A DNA stretch of 63,112 nucleotides from Anaerolineae bacterium (GCA_022616105.1 JAKEFL010000042.1:1-63112); one strand, 5' to 3'. Shown: positions 1-10,794, counted from the stretch's first letter. Numbers and translations are program-made. Notes: generated by a model from the letters alone, not told the origin.

Positions 1-837
1 GCCACCGGCAACATGAGCATCGCTCGCGCTGGACACGCTGCGGCCCTGCTCAATGACGGCCGGGTGTTGGTCGCCGGGGGCTTGGGTGGCAGCGGGTCAC
101 TCAGCAGCGCCGAGGTCTACGATCCCGCAACCGGCACTTGGTCAGCCACTGCCAGCATGATCAACGCTCGCGACCGCTTCCCGGCGACGCGGCTCGCCGA
201 TGGCCGGGTCCTGGTCGTCGGGGGTGGGTACGACTTGAGCGGCAGTTGTTGCGCCGAGCTATTCGACCTTTTGTCACCCCCGCCCACCCCGACCAATACT
301 CCCGGCTCACCCACAAGCACGGGTTACCTCGCGCCCACCTCGCAAGCGGCAGAGACCTCCAGCGCGGGCGATAATAATGGCTACCAGACCAACCCGGCGA
401 ACGCCCTCAACGACAACAGCGTTTTTGCAGTTGATACCAACAGCGGCACTGGAAGCAGTACCTCCTGTACAAGCAACTCGAAAGATAAACACCACTTCTT
501 CAACTACAACTTCAGCCTGCCGCCAAGCGCTGTAATACAAGGAATTCAAGTGCGCCTGGATGCACGCGTTGACGCCACCGGCGGGAGCCCCAGGATTTGC
601 GTGCAGATGTCCTGGAACGGCGGCTCCTCCTGGACGACCACCCAGCAAACCACTAACCTCGCCACTACAGAAGCCACATATATTCTCGGTGGTACCGCCG
701 ATCCATGGGGCCGCACGTGGAGTGTAGGCGATTTCGGCAACACCAACTTCCGCGTCCGTGTGATCGACCGGGCAAGCAACACCTCACGTGATTTCTCACT
801 TGATTACATCGCAGTCAACGTGACCTATCAGCCATGA
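1..837 (+). CDS. Kelch-repeat protein, C-terminal part (runs off left edge), with Pro/Thr linker and C-terminal beta-rich domain
   Basis: Repeats [15 protein letters not shown]...[13 protein letters not shown]; PPPTPTNTP linker; frame open to window start. Confidence 0.8.
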   Translation, partial: ATGNMSIARAGHAAALLNDGRVLVAGGLGGSGSLSSAEVYDPATGTWSATASMINARDRFPATRLADGRVLVVGGGYDLSGSCCAELFDLLSPPPTPTNTPGSPTSTGYLAPTSQAAETSSAGDNNGYQTNPANALNDNSVFAVDTNSGTGSSTSCTSNSKDKHHFFNYNFSLPPSAVIQGIQVRLDARVDATGGSPRICVQMSWNGGSSWTTTQQTTNLATTEATYILGGTADPWGRTWSVGDFGNTNFRVRVIDRASNTSRDFSLDYIAVNVTYQP

Positions 838-1199
838 TCTCGCATAGGTCGAAGGGATGATGCCCTCCGTCCCTCAGTCGAAGCGTTTACAACAAAACCG
901 ATGGATACGCCGACACCACATCCATCTGTTCATTTGACCAAAGCCTGCATCGGACTCGCCTCAACCCGGCTCTGATCCACATACTCAGCATGGCCCAGCC
1001 CAATGTGCAAGATACCAGTGACAGGGTCCTCAGCACTAAACGATAGTTCCATCTCGCGCGGAGCCGCGCTGCCGAGGCGCACAGGCTACAACGGGAGCAC
1101 GATCCTCACCGTGGGCACGCAGCGCAATCAGAACGATGAGCCTGCCCGCTTGGCCGCGGCAGTACAGGGGGCCGGGCGCTGGCGCGCTGAGAGGCAGCG

Positions 1200-3287
1200 A
1201 TGACCCGGCTCTTCCTGTGGACTTGGCGAAAAGTGATCGGGCCACTCTGGGCCGCTGTTTTGTTGGTCGGCGCTGCCCATGGCGCCACCGGCTCAACATC
1301 TGGCTGCGCAACCGAGGCGAGCCTCGCCCGGCTCATCGTCCGGGCCGCACCCGACTCGGCTTGGCAAACCGTTTTCGACGAGCCGAGGCACTGCCTGACG
1401 CTATGGGACAACACTGGCCCTGGCCAGGTCTGGAGAGCGGCCGGACTCGTCGAACCCTGGGGTCTCCAATCTAAAAGCGGGGTCCAGTGGACCTTGGCAA
1501 CGAGCAGCCCTGACAACCTGGCGCTGAGGGTCGTTGCGCAGGTGGTTTCGGAAGGGATCCTATCCGTTCACATCAGCGCTCTACCTGCACGGTCCGTCAC
1601 GGCCATTGAAGCGTGTTTGCCGGCGATGCCAGACGAACACTTCTTCGGGCTGGGCGAGCGCTTCATCCGCCTCGACCTGGCCGGTCAGGTCCTGGAGAAC
1701 TGGGCTGACGATCAGGCACGGCCGCACACCCCAACCGTCAACACCAGTTATTCGCCGATGCCCTTCCTGCTGTCCAGCCGAGGCTACGGCCTGCTGCTGG
1801 ATACGACCGCCCGCGCTACTTTTGACTTGCGAATCCGCCTCCGAAATGGCTATTGTGTGCGTGTGGCATCAAGCCAACTTGACTTCTACCTCATCGCTGG
1901 CCCACACCCGCAAACCGTCCTTGAACGTCAGTCGCAGCTTATCGGCCGGGCACCCTTGCCCCCGGCGTGGGCGTTCGGGGTCTGGAAGAACCTGATCGGT
2001 GGCCAGGCGCGCGTCGAACAGGATGTGCAGCGCTTGGCGAGGGATCGGGTACCGGTTGACGCGATTTGGATCTACGATGCAGTAGACGACCGGGCCAGTT
2101 TCGGTTGGCCCTGGCAGATTTACGGGCCCATCGCCCCGGGGGTATATCCTGATCTGCCAGGAGTGATCCAGCGTCTGCATGAGCAAGGGCTCAAGGTGCT
2201 GGGCTATCTTCACCCTTTTGTATATCCGGGTACACCAAGTTACGCTGAAGCCGCGCGGCAAGGGTATCTGGTGCAAGAGCCAGATGGCCAGCCTTATATC
2301 GAGCCGTGGACGTTCACTGCGCGGAGTTACGTAGATTTCAGCAACCCGGAAGCAGCCAGTTGGTGGCAGGGGCAAGTCAATTATGCTTTGACTGATCTGG
2401 GCTTCGATGGCGCCATGCTGGATTTCGGGGAGGCCGCCCCGGTGACCGCATGCTATGCTAATGATCAACCCGGCGATCTGATGCACAATCATTACCCCAT
2501 GCTATATGGCAAAGCCGCGCATCTGGCGGGACAGGCGGCCAAGCCAGACGATTTCGTCTTCTTTGCCCGCTCCGGCTACAGCGGCAGCCAGGCGTACACC
2601 ACCGGACGGTTCACGTGTGATCAGGTGCGGAGTTGGGATTCCGGTCGCGGGCTGCCCTCCGTCATCCCGGCCATGCTAAATGGCAGCTTGTCTGGTTGGC
2701 CGTACTGGGGACCGGACATAGCCGGATTCTTTGACGGTGCCGCCATTCCAGTGAACGAATCGCCGGAGGCGCGCGCACAACGCATTGACGCGGAGAAAGA
2801 GTTGTGGATTCGGTGGGTGCAGTTGGGTGCATTGTCCCCGACCATGCGTGACATGCTGGGAGCGCAGCGTGACCCCGTCGGATTGTGGACGGATGATGAA
2901 ACGCTGATGGTGTTTCGCGCCTACGCACGTTTGCATACGGCCCTCCAGCCATATCTCTACCACTACGCCGAAATTGCCAGTGAGCGGGGTCTGCCTATCA
3001 TGCGCCCGCTCTTTCTGAACTATCCCAGCGAGACGGTCACATACACTATTGAGGATGAATACCTGATTGGGGACGAGGTGCTGGTCGCGCCAGTCTTGCG
3101 GCCAGGGCAGATCGAACGGCAGCTCTATTTGCCGGCCGACGAATGGCGCAGCTATTGGACGGGCACGGTATATCGCGGGCCGGGCTGGGTCACGGTGGCT
3201 GCACCCCTCCATCACATCCCGGTATTCATCCGAGAGGGGGCCCAGTTGGAGCTGCCCAAGCCGAGCGACCTGCTTGGCTCAAGATAG
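1200..3287 (+). CDS. Glycoside hydrolase family 31 (alpha-glucosidase/xylosidase-like), probably exported
   Basis: FFGLGERF, PPAWAFGVW, nucleophile motif MLDFGE, WGPDIAGF, GLPIMRPLFL, LVAPV; hydrophobic N-terminus. Confidence 0.9.
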   Translation: MTRLFLWTWRKVIGPLWAAVLLVGAAHGATGSTSGCATEASLARLIVRAAPDSAWQTVFDEPRHCLTLWDNTGPGQVWRAAGLVEPWGLQSKSGVQWTLATSSPDNLALRVVAQVVSEGILSVHISALPARSVTAIEACLPAMPDEHFFGLGERFIRLDLAGQVLENWADDQARPHTPTVNTSYSPMPFLLSSRGYGLLLDTTARATFDLRIRLRNGYCVRVASSQLDFYLIAGPHPQTVLERQSQLIGRAPLPPAWAFGVWKNLIGGQARVEQDVQRLARDRVPVDAIWIYDAVDDRASFGWPWQIYGPIAPGVYPDLPGVIQRLHEQGLKVLGYLHPFVYPGTPSYAEAARQGYLVQEPDGQPYIEPWTFTARSYVDFSNPEAASWWQGQVNYALTDLGFDGAMLDFGEAAPVTACYANDQPGDLMHNHYPMLYGKAAHLAGQAAKPDDFVFFARSGYSGSQAYTTGRFTCDQVRSWDSGRGLPSVIPAMLNGSLSGWPYWGPDIAGFFDGAAIPVNESPEARAQRIDAEKELWIRWVQLGALSPTMRDMLGAQRDPVGLWTDDETLMVFRAYARLHTALQPYLYHYAEIASERGLPIMRPLFLNYPSETVTYTIEDEYLIGDEVLVAPVLRPGQIERQLYLPADEWRSYWTGTVYRGPGWVTVAAPLHHIPVFIREGAQLELPKPSDLLGSR

Positions 3288-3475
3288 GCGACGACATTCA
3301 TCTTGATTCTTCCTTTCGTGTCGTGAAACGTGTTTGCCTTTGCCTTATTGAAGGCCGTCGCCGGACATTGTCTCACCAAACTCTTGGAGTCATGCATCGC
3401 GGCTCACCGCAATGAGTCTTCGAATACGCTGATGAAATCCGCCTCCGAAACAGGCCCCAACTACGAAGCCAGGAT

Positions 3476-4114
3476 GTTGCCCTCGCTGGTGCCGAGATCT
3501 TCAATCCTAATATCGGAACTTGGATAGTGACTAGGAGCCTAGGTGTCACCCAAGCTCCCCATGCAGCGACACAGCTTAGTGACTTCCGAGTTCTGGTCGC
3601 GGGAGTCCTTACGAATGGAGTTGCTCTCAAAAGCGCGGAGATCTTTGACCCTGCCACCGGCACTCGGTCAGCAACCGGCAGCATGATCCACGATCGCCGA
3701 AACTTCTGGGCGACGCAGCTCAACGACGGTCGGGTTCTAGTCATCGGCGGCGAGGGGAGCGGAAGCTGCTGTGCCGAACTGTTCACGCTCACTGGTGGTG
3801 GCAAACTGACTCCTACACCAACACCGACTGCCTCCATCACAGTCATCACTCCCAATGGCAGTGAGGTCTGGCAGACCGGCGGCACCCAGACTATCCAATG
3901 GAGCTCGCAAGGCGTCACTGGCAACGTGAAAAATCAAGTCTCCCGTGACGGCGGCACCAGTTACAAGCAGATCGCGAACAACGTGCCCGACACCGGCGCG
4001 TTTCAGTGGACGGTTACCAAGCCGGCCGCGACCCAGGCCCTGATCCGGGTGATCAGCATAAGCCAACCTAACGTGCAGGATACCAGTAACAGCGTCTTCA
4101 GTATTACAAGATAG
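3476..4114 (+). pseudogene. 5'-truncated kelch-repeat gene with C-terminal Ig-like (ITVITPNGSEVW) domain
   Basis: Kelch similarity starts abruptly (AGAEIFNPNIGTW) with no start or signal peptide; degenerate repeats; shares GSCCAELF plus PTPT linker with the 1-837 gene. Confidence 0.65.
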
Positions 4115-4298
4115 CCCTGTCACGTGCTTACGTGCCCGCGTGGATGCGGCGGCGGGTAGCTCATGAGTTGACCCGGCTCTGCTATCTCGTGTCGTTTGCA
4201 TCAATCATTTCTGGTTTTCCTGGGCTATTTTCGAACCTGGGACAAAAATCTATCAGCCTTGATACTTTACGCATTCATCAGCGATAAGATACGACCAA

Positions 4299-4877
4299 AT
4301 GAAATCTCAAGGAAACTCTTTCTCTATGAACACCAATCGCCTGCTTACAATTACGATCTCGATATTGATCCTCGGCGCAGTATGGACGTTTATGTCGCGA
4401 GTGCGCGAACCATCTTCCCAACAACCGGGGCCGCCTCCCAATCCGAAAGCCGGCTTCGCTGCCCCGGATTTCACGCTGGACACATTGGATGGCGGTCAGT
4501 TGACTCTCTCTGAACTGCGAGGACATCCGATAGTGCTGAATCTCTGGGCAAGTTGGTGTCTCCCTTGCAGAAGCGAAATGCCAGCAATTGAAAAGGCGTA
4601 TCAACATTATAAAGACGCGGGATTGATCGTGATCGGGCTGAACACGGCTTCACAGGACTCCGAATCGGATGCTAGGGCATTCGTGCAGGAACTTGGATTG
4701 ACGTTTCCCATCGCTCTTGACCGCGATGGTTCTGTACAGAGTCGCTATCAATTATTAGGATTGCCCTCCACTTATTTCATTGACCGAAAAGGAATTATCC
4801 GTGCGGTCGTTGTCGGAGGTCCCATGAGTGAGGCGACAATTCAATCCAACATCGAAAATTTGCTTCAGGAGAAATGA
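4299..4877 (+). CDS. TlpA/ResA-family thiol-disulfide oxidoreductase
   Basis: N-terminal TM, APDFTL, NLWASWCLPC, GLPSTYFID. Confidence 0.9.
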   Translation: MKSQGNSFSMNTNRLLTITISILILGAVWTFMSRVREPSSQQPGPPPNPKAGFAAPDFTLDTLDGGQLTLSELRGHPIVLNLWASWCLPCRSEMPAIEKAYQHYKDAGLIVIGLNTASQDSESDARAFVQELGLTFPIALDRDGSVQSRYQLLGLPSTYFIDRKGIIRAVVVGGPMSEATIQSNIENLLQEK

Positions 4878-5608
4878 TGTTTCCATTTTTGCGGATTGGT
4901 CCCCTTCTGATTCAAATGCATGGACTTGCACTGTTAACGGGACTATGGGTCGCAACGACCTGGATTGACAAAGAATCACTTCATTTGAAGTTGAACGCAA
5001 CAACGATTCTCAACATGATCTTTTACGGTCTGATTGGCGGTCTCATCGGAGCGAGAGTGATCTTTGCAGCTCAACACCTGAACATCTATTTCTTAAATCC
5101 CCTCAGTTTATTCTCCCTGAACACAGGTACGCTGGATCTTCCCGGAGGAGTAATCATCGGTGTGTTAATTGCACTTCTTATTGGTCGTCGTGAGAAATTG
5201 CCACTCCGCCCAACATTGGATGCTCTCGCACCAGGTTTTGCCGTGATGATGATTGCCATCGGCGTTGCAAATACCTTTAGTGGAAACGCGTTTGGTTCAG
5301 CGACTCGTTTGCCCTGGGCAATTTATCTCTGGGGCGAATTTCGCCATCCAACACAAATCTATGAAACCGTGGCGGCCATAATTGTTTTTATCGTTTGGAA
5401 GATCATACCAATTGAATCACAGCGATCGGGAATTCGCTTTTTGCAAGTGGTCGCCTTCTCGGCAAGCGCGCGCATTTTTTTGGAAGCATTTCATGGAGAT
5501 AGCGTTCTATGGCCAGGTGGTTTCCGCGCCGTGCAGATTATTGGTCTGCTTATTTTGACCGTTGCAATCTATTTAACAAAGCAATGGGGGAAAGCTGAGA
5601 GAGAGTAA
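4874..5608 (+). CDS. Prolipoprotein diacylglyceryl transferase (Lgt)-like membrane protein
   Basis: GLIGARV, LDALAP, G..T.LPWAI, RHPTQIYE motifs; overlaps upstream stop. Confidence 0.8.
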   Translation: MMFPFLRIGPLLIQMHGLALLTGLWVATTWIDKESLHLKLNATTILNMIFYGLIGGLIGARVIFAAQHLNIYFLNPLSLFSLNTGTLDLPGGVIIGVLIALLIGRREKLPLRPTLDALAPGFAVMMIAIGVANTFSGNAFGSATRLPWAIYLWGEFRHPTQIYETVAAIIVFIVWKIIPIESQRSGIRFLQVVAFSASARIFLEAFHGDSVLWPGGFRAVQIIGLLILTVAIYLTKQWGKAERE

Positions 5609-5667
5609 GGCAGGTTCAAAAAATTGCGTCTAACAGGTTGCAAACTCAATTCTAATAATGAAAGGAG

Positions 5668-5883
5668 GTGAGAGCGATGAATGAGATGGAGATGACGAAA
5701 AATGAGGCCCTTAAGGAGCACGTCCGGAGTCATGTGAGCTACCCGGCTACCAAGGCTCAACTACTTCAAGCTTGTGAGGCTGGCGAGTTTCCAGAGGAAG
5801 TGCAGAAGATGGCGGAAATGCACCTCCAAGACAAGACTTACAACTCGGCTGACGAGGTTCTGAAAGACCTCCACATGATGTAG
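5668..5883 (+). CDS. Small DUF2795-like protein
   Basis: VSYPATKAQLL...KTYNSADEV pattern; RBS AAGGAGG. Confidence 0.7.
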   Translation: MRAMNEMEMTKNEALKEHVRSHVSYPATKAQLLQACEAGEFPEEVQKMAEMHLQDKTYNSADEVLKDLHMM

Positions 5884-6002
5884 ATTCTCAGTTGGTAAAT
5901 CCAGCGACAATGCGATGTAAAAGGAGGAACACGAAACTACTCCTCCCTCAGAAGCGACCTCTCCTGAACGTAAGGGGAGGTTTGCTTTCTGAAACTTCCC
6001 TC

Positions 6003-6033
6003 TTGACCTTCCGGTGACTGGAAGGTGTATATT
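6003..6033 (+). promoter_or_regulatory. MerR-family (CueR-type) promoter/operator
   Basis: TTGACC - 19 bp - TATATT, with dyad ACCTTCC-N7-GGAAGGT (6006-6026) in the spacer. Confidence 0.85.
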
Positions 6034-6093
6034 CTCTAATACGGAATATTTATATGTCAAACCCAATATCCAATAATGGTGGAGGTTGTCCAT

Positions 6094-6375
6094 ATGATAG
6101 CCTTATCTCTTAACAACTTGGCCCAAGCTCTTCGGGAAGCTGGTATCCGGCAGGCCTTCACGCCGGATGTATCGCGGTTGACGGTCGAACTCTGGCGGCA
6201 GATCGTTACGGGCAATCCGGTATTGCCTGAGCAGGTCGAGCAGATAGCAGAGGATCACGGAATCTCGCGCGAGGTGGCATACTCTATCATCCAGAAGATG
6301 TGCGAGAGAGATGCTAAGGGCCATATCCTTGGGATTGCAGGATTATCGCAGAAGAAGCACCCTCATCGCGGCTAA
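6094..6375 (+). pseudogene. merB: 3'-truncated organomercurial lyase MerB-like gene
   Basis: ERDAKGHILGIAGLSQKKHPHR resembles the MerB N-terminal half; stops before the catalytic WCA.D motif; MerR-type promoter upstream. Confidence 0.65.
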
Positions 6376-7486
6376 GTAATTGAGAGTAAATCGCCTGCCG
6401 GGTCAACGCATGGCGAAAGAGAAACTAGTCTGCTGATTCTTCAACCACTAATTGTGCCGCAATCAATTCTTTGACTTGCTTTAACAGGCCCTCCTCAGAC
6501 GCTTGAGTGAGACGTTGCAAAAGATCAAAATCAAATCTGCGCCCTGCGACTGCAGCCAGAATGATCAGCTGCTGAGTCTCTAGGCTCAGTGAATCAACGC
6601 GACGTTGGACGGCATCTTGCACCGTGCGCGGAATCTGAAGCTCGTTGATAGGTTTGCGTGTCCAGCCTCCTATTCCATAATAAATATCTCCGGACGTGAG
6701 TAGCGCCTTAAGGGTTTCTTCCACGAAAAATGGATTTCCATCGGTCAATGCCTGAATGGCCTCTGCGAACTCTGGTTTGATCGGCTACTCCTGACCAAAA
6801 ATTGCAGCAATCATTGCCTCAACATCTTCCTGTGCTAATCGATTCAGAGTCATTTCGCTGGCGAGGCGAGCATGATCCAAATCCGCCAGAAAATGGCGGA
6901 GCGAAGGATTCAGTTCATCGTTTCGATATGTGAGTAGAAGCAGGGACGATATTTTTGGAATTCGAGGCGCAAAATGAAGCAGATATTCAAGGGAAGTGTC
7001 ATCACACCAGTGAATGTCTTCGATGATTACCAAAGATCCAAGCGACCCCTCTTCAATGAAGTTGTTGAGCGTTTGAAAATACCGCAGTTTCTCTTGGGCC
7101 GGTTCCAATGGCGATGAGGGTGCGACGTTGGGTAGCGAGATGCCAAGTTCAGGCACGAGTTTGGCAAGGTCCGAGGCAAAAGGCTCAAGCGGTCCAAGAG
7201 AATGCGACCGCATGTACGTTCTCAGTAAATCCAATATTGGTGCGTATGGTAACACCTGGTCTGACTCGAAGCAGTTACCCTGAAAAATCACGAGACCATT
7301 TTGGTTTGCTCATTTTCTGGCCTCAGCCACCAAGCGCGATTTTCCAATCCCAGATTCGCCTGCTAGCAGAAATGTTTGCCCATATCCTCTTTGTGCTTCG
7401 CTGAGACGTTGGTAGAGCTTGTCGAGGTATGGCGCGCGTCCTATAAGAATGGGGCACAGTACCGGGGTATTCAACGATAAGGGCAT
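6365..7486 (-). pseudogene. AAA/STAND ATPase (MalT/LuxR-type regulator) pseudogene, 3'-truncated
   Basis: One frame from ATG 7486: Walker A GESGIGKS, Walker B IIEDIHW, GNPFFVEE, FRHALTRQAIY; in-frame stops TGA 7310, TAG 6785, TAG 6425. Confidence 0.85.
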
Positions 7487-7755
7487 TGGAGAATTATACG
7501 ACAGACGAATTGCTCATTATGTTGCTTGAAAGTTAATTCGATAACCGTGGATTGAAGTTGCAACTTATCTTCTTTTTTTGGGCCTCTTTTCGGCAAAGCA
7601 GAAGTAATAGCTTATGGTAAATTTGCTGGCAGCCCGGAATCCAGTAAGTTTAATAAATGCTTCTGGGCTGTTCATACAGAACCTCCAAAGTAATAAAGAC
7701 AAATTTCCAAGGCTTCGCTTTCACATCATGCTACTGAGGTATTTCTATGTGACTA

Positions 7756-7799
7756 TTGACAGGATATGCCAGTTCTACTATACTAAACCAAATGGTTTA
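7756..7799 (+). promoter_or_regulatory. Sigma70 promoter with overlapping ArsR-type operator, leaderless start
   Basis: TTGACA-17-TATACT (7756-7784); palindrome TAAACCAAATGGTTTA (7784-7799) covering ATG 7792. Confidence 0.8.
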
Positions 7800-8121
7800 C
7801 TATTCTACAAGCCTCGATCATGTATTTTCTGCTCTTTCCGATCCCACCCGTAGAGCAATCATCTCGAAGTTAGCAAAGGGCGAAATCTCCATTATGGAAT
7901 TAGCGTCGCCCTTTAATATGTCATTGCCCGCCGTTTCAAAGCATGTACGCATTTTGGAGGATGCAGGTTTGTTGACTCGTAAAAAGAGAGGCAGGGTTCA
8001 TTACTGTCGTCTGAACGCACACCCATTGCGGGATGCAGCACAATGGCTCGTTTTCTATCAGCAATTTTGGGATACAAAATTGGATGCATTGGCGAATTTC
8101 CTGAAAGAAACTTCTGAATAA
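7792..8121 (+). CDS. ArsR/SmtB-family transcriptional regulator
   Basis: FSALSDPTRRAI...SLPAVSKHVRILEDAGLL...GR. Confidence 0.9.
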   Translation: MVYYSTSLDHVFSALSDPTRRAIISKLAKGEISIMELASPFNMSLPAVSKHVRILEDAGLLTRKKRGRVHYCRLNAHPLRDAAQWLVFYQQFWDTKLDALANFLKETSE

Positions 8122-8134
8122 CGCGGGGCTTTGA

Positions 8135-8596
8135 GTGATGCATCCGAACGTAGGTCCCGCCAGCCTCCTACAATTGCGCCGCAAAATTCCTGCAGCGCGG
8201 CCGCGAGTCTTTCGTGCCTGGACGGATCCAGCGCAACTGAAAAAATGGTTCGCAGTTGCTAATGGTTTTACTACTCCCATAGCCGATGTTGACTTGCGGA
8301 TCGGTGGCAGATATCGGCTTGGAATGCAGCCTCCAGGGAATGAACCTGTACTGATTGTGGGCGGTGTTTATCGGGAAATCATATCGCCAGAAAAATTAGT
8401 GTTCACGTGGCGATGGGAGTCAGCGGGTGAAGATGAACCGGAGACGTTGGTGACCGTGAATTTTTTCAAGCAGGGGTACGTCACTGAAGTGGTTTTGCAG
8501 CACGAACTCTTTACTAGCGCGGCGCTGCGCGACAAGCATCGAGAAGGTTGGATTGGTTGTATGGATCACCTTGAGCGTTTGTTCGCTGCGCACTGA
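8135..8596 (+). CDS. SRPBCC (AHSA1-like) domain protein
   Basis: VFRAWTDP..LKKWF, DLRIGGRYR, PEKLVFTW, HREGW. Confidence 0.9.
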   Translation: MMHPNVGPASLLQLRRKIPAARPRVFRAWTDPAQLKKWFAVANGFTTPIADVDLRIGGRYRLGMQPPGNEPVLIVGGVYREIISPEKLVFTWRWESAGEDEPETLVTVNFFKQGYVTEVVLQHELFTSAALRDKHREGWIGCMDHLERLFAAH

Positions 8597-8628
8597 TCAT
8601 GCAAATAATTAATCGAAGGAGAAAAAGA

Positions 8629-9093
8629 ATGTCTACGAATCATAGTTTTTTCGAACAGTCTATAACGATCAAGAGTCCAGCTAGTGTAGTATTCAAGGCA
8701 TTGACTGATGCAGATGAATTGCGGCGCTGGTTCCCCACCCGCGTAGAATCAGATCCGCGCCCTGGCGGCAAATATAAATTCGCGTGGGAGTTTGCGAATG
8801 CCAGCGAGAATGGATCGCAGGAGGGCGAATATGTAGAAGTTGTCGAGAACGAAAAGCTGACCTATACGTGGTCAGCAGATTCCGGACTTACGTTGGTCAC
8901 CTTTGTGTTGGACGAGACCGACGGTGAAACAACAGTTGTGCTTAAACATTCAACTGCCCAGGATGGCGCGGACGAGAAGAAACTTCATGACGACCATGCC
9001 AATCAGTGGGGATTTTTCCTGAATAATCTCAAAGGTTATCTGGAAGACAGAGTTGATAGGCGAAACGAAATGCTGAAACAAATTACGAATTGA
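8629..9093 (+). CDS. SRPBCC (AHSA1-like) domain protein
   Basis: VFKALTDADELRRWF, DPRPGGKY; RBS AAGGAG. Confidence 0.85.
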   Translation: MSTNHSFFEQSITIKSPASVVFKALTDADELRRWFPTRVESDPRPGGKYKFAWEFANASENGSQEGEYVEVVENEKLTYTWSADSGLTLVTFVLDETDGETTVVLKHSTAQDGADEKKLHDDHANQWGFFLNNLKGYLEDRVDRRNEMLKQITN

Positions 9094-9231
9094 TCGGGGT
9101 CAAGGATCTAGATCTAATCTTTATTTCAATTCTGGGAAGAACAGCGCAATTGACTTTAGCCATGCAAGGGAATCGAAAAAAAGTTGTCTGCCTCAACCAG
9201 CTGTACAAGATCCATTAAATTGAGTCATAAG

Positions 9232-9262
9232 GAGGGATCAGCACGACGGTGATCCCTCTTTT
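9232..9262 (+). terminator. Intrinsic terminator
   Basis: GAGGGATCA-loop-TGATCCCTC followed by TTTT. Confidence 0.7.
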
Positions 9263-9267
9263 GTCTC

Positions 9268-9465
9268 TTACCCGCCGTTCCCAATATCCGTTCAGATCAC
9301 TAGGTCAACCTGTTCAGCGGCGGCCGTTGAACCTTTTACATGCCAGGATAGTATGTCAATAACGCGACCTTCCCCCACCATGGAGTTTCGAGCAGGCGCA
9401 TCTTCAAGTCGAGAAACTAATCCCGGTGGAAGATATCGATCCAAGTTAAATTCCGTTGATTCCAG
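9268..9465 (-). pseudogene. Remnant of class III adenylate/guanylate cyclase gene
   Basis: Minus-strand frame LDRYLPPGLVSRLE...MVGEGRVIDILSWHVKGSTAAAEQVDLVI*TDIGNG resembles GERR.VT.LF.DV.GST..AE.LDPE. Confidence 0.6.
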
Positions 9466-9490
9466 CTTGCAATTATTTCAAACAGCTTTC

Positions 9491-10045
9491 CTATTTTGGG
9501 GAACCAAGTTCACTGAGTGCGGCCTCAATCTCAACCACGGTCAAATGATCTCCGAAATTACGGCCATAATGAGCCTTCACGATTCGACCATTTGGCCCAA
9601 TCAGAAAGTCTGCAGGCATTTTACCCATTTGCCAGTCTACGCCGCCCCAAAAGCCATATCGCATCGAGCGCACCCAATCTACGTAGAAACTGGGTAATGC
9701 CATTGTTAAAAGGAATCTCAGCCACGAAGTCTCCACCCTGTAGCTTCGGTACACCTTGAATTGTGGATCTGGCACAAGATGAAAACGATAGTGCCTCTTG
9801 CCTGCATTTGCAAGAATACTGCGAGCCGATGAATGAAAAAAGGCGACCACTTCGAGACCCCGCTCATGCAGACTCACATAATGCTGTGCAAAGTCACGCA
9901 GACGCAGGTTGCACATCGGGCATGAGCCATAACGAAAGAACATCAATAGCACCGGCTTCCCGGTCAAATCGTTCAGAGATATGGTCTTCCCCTCTATCGT
10001 CTCAACAGAAAAGGGGATCGCCAGGTCACCTGTTTTGAGTCGCAT
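9491..10045 (-). CDS. AhpC/TSA (peroxiredoxin-like) family protein
   Basis: FFRYGSCPMCNL, MPADFLIGPNG. Confidence 0.85.
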   Translation of the reverse strand: MRLKTGDLAIPFSVETIEGKTISLNDLTGKPVLLMFFRYGSCPMCNLRLRDFAQHYVSLHERGLEVVAFFHSSARSILANAGKRHYRFHLVPDPQFKVYRSYRVETSWLRFLLTMALPSFYVDWVRSMRYGFWGGVDWQMGKMPADFLIGPNGRIVKAHYGRNFGDHLTVVEIEAALSELGSPK

Positions 10046-10135
10046 ATGTTTGATTTTATCTTAATCAGGATTGCAATCGTCCGGATCCATTGTATTGGTG
10101 CTTGCCGCCTTATATCCCTGAAAACGAAAAGGTGA

Positions 10136-10746
10136 CTGACGAGCGATCAACTACAGGGAGCGTATGACGGGATTGCCGGCGAATACGAAAAGAGAGTCTG
10201 GGTTGACCAGTATCTCCTTGGGTGGCGCGTCGGCGAAAACAATTGTTGTCCAAAGCGAATGGAAAGATTCTGGATGTGGCTTGTGGCACGGGCCTGAACT
10301 TGCCGTATTTGAAACCTTCAAGCAAGATTACCGCCGTTGACCTAAGTCAGCGATTGCTGGATGAGGCACATTGGAGAGCCACAGACCTGAACCTGAAAAT
10401 CCAAACCCATGTCATGGATGTGGAGAAACTTGAATTCGCGGATGGAAGTTTCGACACGGTGACTTCCACACTGTCCACCTGCACGTTTCCTGATCCCATC
10501 CAAGCACTGCACGAAATGAAACGCGTCTGCCGGACGGGAGGATTGATCCTGCTTCTGGAACATGGTCATAGTACTCTGCCCTGGCTGGCGAACTTTCAAG
10601 ATCGGAACGTGCTTCCCCACTACCAGCAGAGTGCAGGTTGCCGCTGGAATCAAGATCCGTTGGATCTGGTAAAAACTGCCGGATTGATCATCGTGGATCA
10701 CAAACGATTTGGGCTCGGCATGTTCCATGCCATTGTGGCAACATAG
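10136..10746 (+). pseudogene. Class I SAM-dependent methyltransferase, frameshifted near 10220
   Basis: ILDVACGTG motif in 10222-10746; N-terminal AYDGIAGEYE lies in another frame (CTT GG GTG, one base missing). Confidence 0.65.
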
Positions 10747-10794
10747 AAGAAGCAATTCATTTCTCCTCTACATGCTAAACAGGACTGACTGAAA

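Noticed and set aside
1200-3287. GH31 as a sulfoquinovosidase
   Set aside because: DFGE is shared with other GH31 subfamilies, sulfonate-binding motifs are not evident, and no sulfoglycolysis genes are nearby.
6365-7486. Stop-codon recoding (alternative code, Sec or Pyl) in the ATPase gene
   Set aside because: Mixed TGA and TAG stops, the gene is also truncated, and neighbouring genes use TAG/TGA as normal stops.
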